A stretch of DNA of 64,000 nt from Bdellovibrionales bacterium (lineage in GTDB: Bacteria; Bdellovibrionota; Bdellovibrionia; Bdellovibrionales; UBA1609): positions 1,115,520-1,179,519 of the forward strand of contig CBDETO010000005.1 in assembly GCA_965243065.1 (NCBI GenBank). Direction: 5' to 3'. The notes beneath the pieces are model-generated. The model ran no database searches. It worked only from the letters and a program-made list of their open reading frames with translations, and was not told the DNA's origin. Below are positions 55,625 to 64,000 of the stretch, piece after piece. The position numbers and the translations under genes were made by a program. Within the stretch, counting starts at the first letter, position 1. Every line of letters begins with the position of its first letter.

Positions 55625-55780
55625 AGTGGCTTTCAGCTTCGCGGGACTGACAGAGAGGGCGAGATAGAGAAGGAATGAGGGATAGAGATAAGCTTCTCAG
55701 TAGAGAATAGGAGGCAAAAGCGAGTTCGGATTTGATACATGAGCAACCACAGGTTGCTCTGTGGCAAACCGCATGTTTGA

Positions 55781-57290
55781 TAAATGGAAAAAGAAGGTCT
55801 CCTCAAGACTCTTTCCTGCATGTAAAGTAGGAAGGTCAATAAATATATTAAATATATTAAAAAAGGAGGAGACCCTATGTATGAACATTATATAGCTTTA
55901 GATTGGTCAAAGAACAATATGGCCATAGCCAGAGTAACAAAAAAAGGTAAAAAAGTGAATGTAGAAGATATTCCCAGCAATATTTCTTATCTAAAAGACT
56001 ATCTAAAAAGTCTGAAAGGAAAGAAAATCCTCACTTTTGAAGAGAGTACTTCTTCCCAATGGCTTTACTCAGAGTTGAGATATTGCGTCAACAAGCTTTT
56101 AGTATGTGACCCTTATCGTAATAGGCTTCTGTCCGAGGGGGCCAAAAATGACAAGATAGATGCTACAAAGTTAGTGCGTTTAAGTCAGGCGGGATTATTG
56201 AAGGAAGTATATCATAGTGGGAAAGATTTTATATATTTAAGGAAACTGGTTAGTGGCTACAATGATGTTGTAAAAAGTATAGTTCGTTTAAAGAACCAGA
56301 GGAGTGCTGTTTTTGCTTCTGTGGGTTTAGATCATAAGAAAGATGAGTTTTCTCCAGTTCCTGCTTGTGATGATTTTGTATTATTTCGTTCAAAGCAGTT
56401 ACTGGCTCTACATGAGAAGGTGAAGGGGGAGTATATTAAGGAGTTTAAAAAGCTTTCGATGAAACACAAAGAGATGAGGTTATTAAAGAGTATTCCAGGG
56501 ATCAGTGACATTCATGCAGTGCAGATCATGGCTGCTGTAGTGGATATAGGTCGTTTCCCAAGCAAGGGACATTTTTTAAGTTACTGTGGTTTAATCAAGC
56601 ATGAGAAGATAAGTGGGGGAAGAAGTTATGGAAGGAAATCTTCTAGGTGTTATCGTCCACTTAAACAGATATTTAAAATGGCCTCTCATAGTGTAACACA
56701 GAATAGATGTAATAATTCTTTAAAAGGTCTTTATGAGTATTATATAGAGAAAAAACCAGCCTTAATGGCAAAACATAATGTCAGTAGGAAGTTAGCTATT
56801 TTAGTTTACGGAGTATTAAAAAGTGGTAAAAAATATGATCCTAATAGAAGGGAGAAGGAGTTGAGAGAGAAAAACAAAAAGTAATCAGATTTTCAGGTTG
56901 GGTATATAAAGTTTTTTTATACTTTATCAAAGAAGCTAAAGAGTAAGAAAGCTCTCCTGGAAATGAGCAGAAGAAAGCTTAAGGCTCAGTGACGGACTAT
57001 GATTACCATAAAAACAGAGGTAACATAGTTACAGTCTAATGTTTGATTAGCCTCTGCTCTATTTTTCCAAATTTATTATAACCTGCTGTTATACAGTAAG
57101 AGTTTGGATAGGTGAATGTGAAGATACTGATTCATTTTTTTGAGACAATAAAGTAAGGTGAGCGAGTGATTGATTGATGAGTGGTATTGATAAGGTGTTA
57201 TGCCCTTCCTTCAGGAGACCGTAACGCAAGAAGATGTTTTGTTTGCGAATGGGATACTATACTCTTGACATTACTTTTTCCATAGGTGAG
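55781..57290 (+). mobile_element. IS110-family insertion sequence (about 1.5 kb) inserted in the centre of a palindromic repeat module
   Basis: The ends were inferred by comparing the interrupted module (left arm to ...CGCATGTTTGA at 55779, right arm CTTTTGCCTCCTATTCTCTACTGAAG from 57292) with the uninterrupted module at 22429-22560. Ends are accurate to a few nt. Confidence 0.7.
55877..56884 (+). CDS. IS110-family DEDD transposase/recombinase
   Basis: N-terminal IALDWSKNNMAIA (RuvC-like DEDD domain) and C-terminal LKSIPGISDIHAVQIMAAVVDIGRFPSKGHFLSYCGLIKHEKISGG (Transposase_20 domain). RBS AAGGAGG. Confidence 0.9.
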   Translation: MYEHYIALDWSKNNMAIARVTKKGKKVNVEDIPSNISYLKDYLKSLKGKKILTFEESTSSQWLYSELRYCVNKLLVCDPYRNRLLSEGAKNDKIDATKLVRLSQAGLLKEVYHSGKDFIYLRKLVSGYNDVVKSIVRLKNQRSAVFASVGLDHKKDEFSPVPACDDFVLFRSKQLLALHEKVKGEYIKEFKKLSMKHKEMRLLKSIPGISDIHAVQIMAAVVDIGRFPSKGHFLSYCGLIKHEKISGGRSYGRKSSRCYRPLKQIFKMASHSVTQNRCNNSLKGLYEYYIEKKPALMAKHNVSRKLAILVYGVLKSGKKYDPNRREKELREKNKK

Positions 57291-57291
57291 T

Positions 57292-57615
57292 CTTTTGCCT
57301 CCTATTCTCTACTGAAGAAGTGATTCTGTCAGCGAATTAGTGAACACGTACAGGAATGACTATATAAAGCCAGAAGAACAGACAAACGAAATAGAGTAGG
57401 ATTTTCAGGAGAGAATAGGAGGCAAAAGCGAGTTCGGCCCTTGAGCACAAGAATAACTAGATTCCCGCTTTCGCGGGAATGACAGAGTTGTGTGGCAAAA
57501 CGCATGTCCGAAGCCCTTTGACTCCTATTTCTCTACTGAAGAAATGATTTTGTCAGCGAATGAGTGAACATTTACAGGAATGACAGAGAGACAAGCTCTT
57601 CAGGAGAGAATGACT
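57292..57615. repeat. Mosaic palindromic repeat modules (family 1 and associated modules)
   Basis: AGATTCCCGCTTTCGCGGGAATGACAG (57469-57492), CAGGAGAGAATAGGAGGCAAAAGCGAGTTCGG, GTCAGCGAAT(T/G)AGTGAACA x2 and GTGTGGCAAAACGCATG all recur at 22.3-22.6 kb. Confidence 0.85.
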
Positions 57616-57675
57616 TACTTATTTTAGAAGGATACAAATAGGGGGATTCTATACTGGTTCGGTAAAGCCTGAAGT

Positions 57676-58464
57676 TTATTTTTCAGATACAATATAAGCT
57701 ATCCAGGATTCACATTCTTCCCCTCTCTTAACACGAGAAAAACGACCGTTCCCCTCCCCGTTTTTATCCGTACCTTCCCAATAAATATAGGTTCTACGAA
57801 AGCCCACCTCTTCTAATAATTCTTTTATTTCTGGAATAGTCCATAAACGCCAGTCATAAGTAAAAACACGCTCACGCTTTTTCTCCTTTTTACGTTTATA
57901 GTGAATATAGAAAATAGCATGATGAGAAATGGGATCAAAACCACTCTGATCCCAATAATAAATAAAATCCCCATGATCCACCTTCTCTTCATTAGCTTCC
58001 AAACATTGACTACCTCCAAAACAATCCAAAATAAGTATTCCGTTGGTATTCAACGATTTCAAACAATTACGAAAATATTGTTTTAAATCTTCTCTCTTTT
58101 TAAAAACAAAATAAGAAAAGTTGAAAGCACCCACAATATCCGCAGAAGGAATAGTACGACTTAAAACATTTGAATGTATGACCTTTAATCTTTTTTGCTG
58201 TTGAATATTTAATTGTTTTAGATTTTCTTTTTTTCCATAGTTTAAAGGTTTCTGATCCAAATCTATAGCGACAGCCTGATAGGAACGATGTAGTTTAACC
58301 CATTCACAGCTTAAAGCAAAAGTGAAGCAAAAATCTTCACGAAAAACCCGTGGTTTTTTCTTTTTTAATTCCCGATAGCATTTTTGTATAAAACGCACTT
58401 CTAAATCCGGGGACTGAACAGAATGGCGATAATGCCAATATTTATCGAATGTCTTTTTCATCAT
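57676..58464 (-). CDS. Class I SAM-dependent methyltransferase
   Basis: VFREDFCFTFALSCEWVK...AVAIDLD (motif I region) and NGILILDCFGG (post-I/II region). 4-nt overlap with the upstream phosphatase gene. Confidence 0.6.
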   Translation of the reverse strand: MMKKTFDKYWHYRHSVQSPDLEVRFIQKCYRELKKKKPRVFREDFCFTFALSCEWVKLHRSYQAVAIDLDQKPLNYGKKENLKQLNIQQQKRLKVIHSNVLSRTIPSADIVGAFNFSYFVFKKREDLKQYFRNCLKSLNTNGILILDCFGGSQCLEANEEKVDHGDFIYYWDQSGFDPISHHAIFYIHYKRKKEKKRERVFTYDWRLWTIPEIKELLEEVGFRRTYIYWEGTDKNGEGNGRFSRVKRGEECESWIAYIVSEK

Positions 58465-59132
58465 TTTTTAGGCTCATCAGGTTCAAAACACCGGAAAAGA
58501 GAAGGGACCTGCACCACACGCCTTTCAGGCAACCAAAGACCGGTTAAATTCCCCCCGTAAACACATCCTGTATCCAACCCTATAGAATTGGTTTTTACCT
58601 TTAAACCTTGCCCAGCCCAATGAGCATAAACAACCAACTTAGAGCCTGTATATAAATCATGCCAAGCCGGAAAAGAGGCATCTCGCATATTACGCCCCTC
58701 TCCATCCCAGTAACGAATATTTACTAACTGTTCTTTTTTTGATAACCGAGGGTGCTCACCTGGAACAACCCCCCCGTGCACAGCCAAAAAATTATTTTCT
58801 TCCATATAAACCGGCCAACTTTTCATCCAAGATACCCAATTATTTATATCACTCCCCATTTGCTCTTTTAAATCCCTCAAGGGACCGGACAAAGGAAGTT
58901 CTTTTTCAATAGCATGAATGAATTTTAATTCATGATTACCAATAAGGGTTTCCACTTGTTTTTCACGAACCCAGGATAACACCTTAAATGAATCAGGACC
59001 TTTATTTATTAAATCACCTAATAAAATTAAGCGATGAGACCGGAAGCTATAACCTGCTTCCTTAAGTAAGACCTGAAGCTCATTAAAACACCCGTGAATA
59101 TCGCCCACAAGAAATACAGGTCCATTTTCCAT
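58461..59132 (-). CDS. Metallophosphoesterase, ApaH/PrpE-like Ser/Thr phosphatase family
   Basis: VFLVGDIHGCFNELQVLL, LILLGDLINKGPDS, IGNHE and AVHGG are the calcineurin-like phosphoesterase motifs, collinear with the ApaH N-terminus. Confidence 0.75.
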   Translation of the reverse strand: MENGPVFLVGDIHGCFNELQVLLKEAGYSFRSHRLILLGDLINKGPDSFKVLSWVREKQVETLIGNHELKFIHAIEKELPLSGPLRDLKEQMGSDINNWVSWMKSWPVYMEENNFLAVHGGVVPGEHPRLSKKEQLVNIRYWDGEGRNMRDASFPAWHDLYTGSKLVVYAHWAGQGLKVKTNSIGLDTGCVYGGNLTGLWLPERRVVQVPSLFRCFEPDEPKK

Positions 59133-59143
59133 GCTTTCAATAA

Positions 59144-59434
59144 TTATTTGCTTTCCTGTTTTAAAGCCGGGGCTGATGAGGATTGTGGTTCTTCTCCCTG
59201 CGATGACTCACCTTCGCCATCTACTGTATTGGCCTTATCTTTGTGAGCTTCTTTATTTTTATCATGGCTGCATTGTTTCTTACTGCACTTTTCAGATTTA
59301 TTGGAATCACAAGAGGCACGGTCCTTTTTCTTATGACCTCCTACACCACAATCACCACAATGACTGAACACCGAGGGTGTAAAAACAAAATAAAAACATA
59401 GCAGTACAATAATTTTTTTTACCATTACAATCAT
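59144..59434 (-). CDS. Small secreted Cys/His/Lys-rich protein
   Basis: Signal KKIIVLLCFYFVFTPSVFS, then HCGDCGVGGHKKKDRASCDSNKSEKCSKKQCSHDKNKEAHKDK. Starts 7 nt after the pilQ stop. Confidence 0.5.
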   Translation of the reverse strand: MIVMVKKIIVLLCFYFVFTPSVFSHCGDCGVGGHKKKDRASCDSNKSEKCSKKQCSHDKNKEAHKDKANTVDGEGESSQGEEPQSSSAPALKQESK

Positions 59435-59440
59435 ATCCCC

Positions 59441-61603
59441 CTATTGATTATTTTCAGCCGCCTTATTTGCGTTGTTAAAACCCATTATACGAGGAGTTAG
59501 AAATAAAAGCAACTCATTCCGTTGCTCATCTTTTGTAAAGCGTGAAAAAAGCCATTTTAAAATAGGTATATGCCTTAAAATTGGAAACCCTTCATCTGAC
59601 TTGGTTTCATCATGCTGATAAATACCTCCAATCACTATCGTTTGTCCGTTATTTACAAGTACTTTCGTTTCTGCTTCACGAGCATTAACAGGACGAGATC
59701 CACTCTGCGCTTCAGGAGGCCCAAAAAATTCTCTTTTTAGTTTAATATCCATAAAAATAGAACCAAGAGCCGTAATTTGCGGAGATACCTCAAACTCCAA
59801 ATCAGCCGATACCCTCTGAGGAGAGGTTTGAGTACCTGACCCCTGTTGAGTGCTGGTAACCAAATCAATATCTTCTGTCTTCTGGGTGATTTTAGCTTTT
59901 TCTCCGTTTAAAACCATAATCCGTGGTGCACTAATGACATTAATTAAATCCTCTGCTTCAGACAGACCTAAAGTAAAATCCAAATCTCCCACCGGAGCGA
60001 AAAACACTCGTAAGCCTGTGCTAGCTGTCCGACCTGTACTGACCCCCCCGGGGAACACTTCCAACCCCCCATCTACATCTAAATTCAACTGAGGGTTACC
60101 AGGCGAAACACTTAAAGGAGTTCCATCAAAGTTCCAGCTGATCCCCAAATTTCGAACAAACCTCTCACGAGCTTCAATCACCTTAGCTTCAATCATAACC
60201 TGCGTCGGAGACTTATCCAGATTTTTAACCATAGTTTCCATACTTTCAATAGCGCGTACCGTATCTGTAACGATTAAAGAATTACTGTGTTGATCCACGA
60301 TCACTTTTCCTCTATTTTTCGTAACTAGGCCCTCCATCAACTTTTGCATATCTCCCGCTTTTTTATACACTATAGGGATCACTTTTACATTTAAAGGGTC
60401 TAAGACCCTCTGATCACTTATCATTTTTTGTATAGCCTCATAGTCTCGCTTTAAGGCATCTAAACTCATAATCATAATGACATTACCTTGTCTTATATAC
60501 CCCAGTTTTTTTGCCTTCATCACTGTTACCAAAGCTTGATCCCAAGGGACATTTCTTAATTTAATACTAATTTTCCCCTGCACATCTTCTGATAAAACCA
60601 TATTTAAACCTGTGCCCTCTGAAATAAAATATAAAACATCCCTCACTTCCACATCTTTTAAATGAATGGAAATAGGACGACCGGTAAATTGAGGGGTATT
60701 TAGAAAAAACTCTTCCAAAGATTTTGCCGGTAAAACCTGCCCGGTAGAGTCACCATAAGAAGAACCCTGACCGGAAGGAGCTAAGCCACCCTGAGAAGAC
60801 CCTGGCAAACCTCCTGTCGTTTGCCCGGCACTCATCCCCCCTCCGGAAATAACCAAAGATCCCGTATCCGAAACATTAACAGAAGGCACACCGGCATTCT
60901 CTCTCATTTGTACGACAATACGCACAGTATCACTATCTTTTTGATCCGCCTGCAATAAGGCCATTTGCGTACTAAAATCTTTCATCACAAAAGGACGCTC
61001 TTGCAAACTATCCGATAATACGGCTTCAGGTATCTCAATAATAAACTGACTGTTAGCTTTATTCTCTCTGGATTGATAAGAAAAAGAACCGGTTCCATCT
61101 ACATAAATTTTATTTTCCCCAGCCTCATATCGAATATTATTGATGACGGCCACAGAAGCGGAACCATCTGTTGTTTCCGTAGAACCTATATCATCTATAT
61201 CTTCTTCTGATTCGTCCACCATCTCTGTAGCATCTGCTGTTGTATCTTCTTCTCCCTCTTCCGTATCAGCCGTGATGGTCTCCTCTTCTATTTCCTCTTT
61301 ATCAGGATCAGAAGCTTCCAAAGTCTCTTGTTCGGTCACTTCCTCCTTGCTTCCTTCAGATTCCTCTTCTGAAGGAAAAGCAGAATCAGCCATCTCTTGT
61401 TCAAAGTCTTCCGAATCGGCAAACTCACTTTCCAAATCTTCTTCGTCAATGACACTGTCTTCCGCACTATCCTCTTCAATAAGATCTGCTGCCTCCTCCA
61501 CTCCCTCCGGCTGTTCCTCAGAATCAGATGGACTCTTCGTCGTCTGACAAGAACTCATAAAAAATAAATAAAAAATAAAAAATAGAATTATATGTATTTT
61601 CAT
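59441..61603 (-). CDS. pilQ: Type IV pilus secretin PilQ
   Basis: Lipoprotein-like signal, acidic linker, AMIN-like region, secretin core (VISAPRIMVLNGEKAKI, VVIGGIY, GFPILRHIPILKWLF, ELLLFLTPRI). Confidence 0.9.
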   Translation of the reverse strand: MKIHIILFFIFYLFFMSSCQTTKSPSDSEEQPEGVEEAADLIEEDSAEDSVIDEEDLESEFADSEDFEQEMADSAFPSEEESEGSKEEVTEQETLEASDPDKEEIEEETITADTEEGEEDTTADATEMVDESEEDIDDIGSTETTDGSASVAVINNIRYEAGENKIYVDGTGSFSYQSRENKANSQFIIEIPEAVLSDSLQERPFVMKDFSTQMALLQADQKDSDTVRIVVQMRENAGVPSVNVSDTGSLVISGGGMSAGQTTGGLPGSSQGGLAPSGQGSSYGDSTGQVLPAKSLEEFFLNTPQFTGRPISIHLKDVEVRDVLYFISEGTGLNMVLSEDVQGKISIKLRNVPWDQALVTVMKAKKLGYIRQGNVIMIMSLDALKRDYEAIQKMISDQRVLDPLNVKVIPIVYKKAGDMQKLMEGLVTKNRGKVIVDQHSNSLIVTDTVRAIESMETMVKNLDKSPTQVMIEAKVIEARERFVRNLGISWNFDGTPLSVSPGNPQLNLDVDGGLEVFPGGVSTGRTASTGLRVFFAPVGDLDFTLGLSEAEDLINVISAPRIMVLNGEKAKITQKTEDIDLVTSTQQGSGTQTSPQRVSADLEFEVSPQITALGSIFMDIKLKREFFGPPEAQSGSRPVNAREAETKVLVNNGQTIVIGGIYQHDETKSDEGFPILRHIPILKWLFSRFTKDEQRNELLLFLTPRIMGFNNANKAAENNQ

Positions 61604-61866
61604 TGGTGCCAGTTTATCACGATGCCTCTTCTTATTGCCAAATTTATTTACTTACTTCAAAGGATTTACAACTCATGTCATTAAAAAAATAAAGAAACCC
61701 CTTGTTTCAAAATATAAAACCACACATATCCAGTATGGAATCCCAGATCCCATCTTACACGCTTCCACAGTATCTTCTCAGTTTGTCCCCATATCTTTAA
61801 ACCCCTATTCCCTGCTTTGCTTGACGCGAAGGTAGAGTTCACGGAGATTACACAAAATCAGGTATA

Positions 61867-62901
61867 TTACACTCCCTTTCCTCTTTGTCTAACTTCATTA
61901 GGTTGAGGTTGTTGTGGCCTGTTTAAATTCTGATTTTTATCCTGATCCATCCAACGATGCAACCTAACAATAATAGGAACATAAGCGTCTTCTTTTTTAC
62001 TAGCTACCCCCGGTCTAGGCTCTAAAATAACCACCTCATCCTCCCGCAACTGATAAATAACTCCTTTATTAATTCCAATACGATCATTTTTCTGAAGAGG
62101 ATGGATCACATTATCCGGTGTTCTAAAAAGAGCTTTCGAAGGACCTAATTTGGAATTCCATTTAATGCCCACCAGTTTAATTTCACTTAATTTATACTTT
62201 CCCGTAGGATAGCTAGGTATGACCTGCCTGGTATCTTCCTCCAACTCCTCCTCTTCCTGAATTTGAAAAGGGACAAAAGGATCTCGCCGATCATCGGGAT
62301 CATAATTATAATTGCCAAGTATCTTATAGATATTGGCCACTTTTTTATTTATCTGCATCAAATCCTGAGCTATAGAGGCACCCATACCTTCTTTTTTGCT
62401 TTCCTGAAACTGTTTTGCTGACTCTAGTAAATTATTAAGGTCGGAGGAAATTTTTCCTACAGGAGGGGAGTCTTCACCCGTATTACTGACAGTATCTTTA
62501 TCTTCTGGCAATGATGTGTCCTCATTAGCAGGAGGAATCGGCGGAGGTAATGGCACTGGAGGCTCTTCAACAGAAACCCCTTGTCGTTGAGCCGGTTGCT
62601 CATCGTCCAAAGAGGGTGTATCCCCATCTTTAACCACGGCGGGATCAGGGGCTACTGTGTTTTCTGCACTATTCGCAGGGGAAGCAGCGGGATCAGGGGC
62701 TACTGTGTTTTCTGCACTATTCGCAGGGGAAGCAGCGGGATCAGGGGCTACTGTGTTTTCTGCACTATTCGCAGGGGAAGCGGATTCCTCCGCGAAAGCG
62801 GGAGAATGAACAAAAGGCATAGAAGTAAATAACCATATAACAAAAAATAAAGAACCTATTCCCACATTCAAATAAAGAAAAACCTGAAAAAATATCTTCA
62901 T
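61867..62901 (-). CDS. pilP: PilP-like pilus assembly protein with a Pro/Ala-rich tandem repeat linker
   Basis: Preferred start MKIFFQVFLYLNVG, 4 nt after the pilO stop. 3 x ASPANSAENTVAPDPA. RRDPFVPF motif and a C-terminal beta-domain typical of PilP. Confidence 0.7.
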   Translation of the reverse strand: MKIFFQVFLYLNVGIGSLFFVIWLFTSMPFVHSPAFAEESASPANSAENTVAPDPAASPANSAENTVAPDPAASPANSAENTVAPDPAVVKDGDTPSLDDEQPAQRQGVSVEEPPVPLPPPIPPANEDTSLPEDKDTVSNTGEDSPPVGKISSDLNNLLESAKQFQESKKEGMGASIAQDLMQINKKVANIYKILGNYNYDPDDRRDPFVPFQIQEEEELEEDTRQVIPSYPTGKYKLSEIKLVGIKWNSKLGPSKALFRTPDNVIHPLQKNDRIGINKGVIYQLREDEVVILEPRPGVASKKEDAYVPIIVRLHRWMDQDKNQNLNRPQQPQPNEVRQRGKGV

Positions 62902-62905
62902 TGTG

Positions 62906-63526
62906 TTAACCTCCTCCGTCTTCACCTTTAGTTTCTGTTTTTTCACTAATAATAGGAGAAGTATATCTATAACCATAGATATCCATCTCCATTTTTATTT
63001 CATTCGAACCACCTACATACCTACCTTGTTTTACTTCTCTTAAATTAAAACTACCTATAGTAATAATTTCAGTCAGCCCCGTCAACTTAGAAAGAAAGAC
63101 CAACACTTGTGAAAATAAGCCCGTCACTGTTACATTTATTTTTATTTTTTCATAAAACTCCTGGTCTTCCACTGTACTGTGATTTTGAATCTTTTGCATA
63201 TCCACACCAGCCGACTTTGCATTTATATTCAAATGATTCAAGACCATGGATGATGTCAATTTATTTGGAATATATTGAAGGAATTTGTTCACCTCATCCC
63301 CCATAAGACGAATAGCTTTATCCATTTCTTGTAGTTGTTTTAACTCAAAATCCACAGCATCTATTTTTTCCTGTACAGCCGCTTTTTGTTTTTCCAAACT
63401 TTGAGTTTCATCCTTAATCGTCTGTCCATTATCATATTTCCAAACATAATATACACCAGCAATACCCCCACTTATAATAATGACGATACCTAAACTCAAC
63501 TGAGATAATGTTTTTAACAACAACAT
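62906..63526 (-). CDS. pilO: Type IV pilus assembly protein PilO
   Basis: N-terminal TM, coiled coil, C-terminal ferredoxin-like region. Position between pilN and pilP. Confidence 0.75.
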   Translation of the reverse strand: MLLLKTLSQLSLGIVIIISGGIAGVYYVWKYDNGQTIKDETQSLEKQKAAVQEKIDAVDFELKQLQEMDKAIRLMGDEVNKFLQYIPNKLTSSMVLNHLNINAKSAGVDMQKIQNHSTVEDQEFYEKIKINVTVTGLFSQVLVFLSKLTGLTEIITIGSFNLREVKQGRYVGGSNEIKMEMDIYGYRYTSPIISEKTETKGEDGGG

Positions 63527-63527
63527 A

Positions 63528-64000
63528 TTATTTTAAAACACTTTTTATAAGAAAGTTTCTCCTAATATAATTCCTATTATCTTTTTCCTCGCTGGATTGC
63601 TGTAAAGTTACATTGGAAAATAACTGCGTACCTTCCAGCTTCTCAATAAAGTTTTGAACCTGTTTGTTCGTTGTACTGGTTCCTGTAATTTTAAATTCTT
63701 TATTTTGAAATTCTATTTCCCGTAACCATACCTCTTCAGGAATCACATTTTGTATGTAGTCCAAGCCTGTTAAAGGCAATAAACGACTATCAGCTAAGTC
63801 TTGTATAATATCCAACTTATTATAAAATTCTTTCGATTTTTCCACTATATAACCAAAACTTTCCACTTGTTTTTCTTTATCCTTCCGCGTCTTCACCATC
63901 TGATCCAACTCTCCCTGTACCATTGTTTTTTGCCTGTTCAATTTATCCAGGTTTTGTCGCTCAAAATACCGAAGAGCAATAACCCCTACCGCACAAATAA
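63528..64000 (-). CDS. pilN: Type IV pilus assembly protein PilN (5' end beyond the window)
   Basis: The frame stays open upstream of the Met at 63941 to the window edge (..ICAVGVIALRYFERQ.. = TM helix). Coiled coil plus a C-terminal domain. Immediately upstream of pilO. Confidence 0.7.
   Translation of the reverse strand, partial: ICAVGVIALRYFERQNLDKLNRQKTMVQGELDQMVKTRKDKEKQVESFGYIVEKSKEFYNKLDIIQDLADSRLLPLTGLDYIQNVIPEEVWLREIEFQNKEFKITGTSTTNKQVQNFIEKLEGTQLFSNVTLQQSSEEKDNRNYIRRNFLIKSVLK

Overview
This is an AT-rich chromosomal segment, roughly one-third G+C by eye. All assignments rest on motif recognition by eye, because no searches could be run. The gene content is a complete Agl-Glt-type gliding-motility locus, pilNOPQ, a fragmentary dcw cluster and many 'IPAFAGMT'-type palindromic repeats. 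That combination suggests a Bdellovibrionota/Oligoflexia-like proteobacterium, but this is a guess.

Layout:
- (1) 2-4660: 3' two-thirds of a giant DExH helicase with a DUF1998-like Cys cluster (Druantia DruE-like). Any partner genes lie off-window.
- (2) 5.4-8.5 kb: four uncharacterised genes forming two translationally coupled pairs, one containing DUF488. A 780-bp ORF-free stretch follows.
- (3) 9.1-13.3 kb: a 1109-aa secreted HExxH protein plus a small secreted partner.
- (4) 13.7-18.3 kb: a small integrative element (replication-relaxation-like gene, hairpin plus C-free tract, excisionase, tyrosine integrase). It abuts a tandemly duplicated tRNA-Ser locus, followed by tRNA-Arg.
- (5) 19-22 kb: housekeeping and envelope genes, including grxB.
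- (6) 22.6-28.3 kb: murB-orf-murC-murG-ftsW on the minus strand.
- (7) 28.4-33.9 kb: LysM protein, a split comEC, decayed Fic and YgjP fragments, two Bor-like lipoproteins and tRNA-Cys.
- (8) 33.9-46.5 kb: a contiguous gltB/A/C/D/E/F/G-like plus aglR/Q/S-like gliding-motor operon.
- (9) 46.7-53.6 kb: a Type III R-M system with two extra genes between mod and res.
- (10) 53.7-57.6 kb: a decay zone. It holds an internally deleted inverted paralogue of the HExxH gene fused to a gpmA 5' stub, a frameshifted metzincin, and an IS110-family element inserted in the centre of a palindromic repeat module.
- (11) 57.7-64.0 kb: methyltransferase, ApaH-like phosphatase and pilQ-pilP-pilO-pilN.

The best candidates for undescribed biology are the four-gene cluster at 5.4-8.5 kb, the two genes embedded in the Type III R-M operon, and the HExxH giant protein with its inverted remnant.
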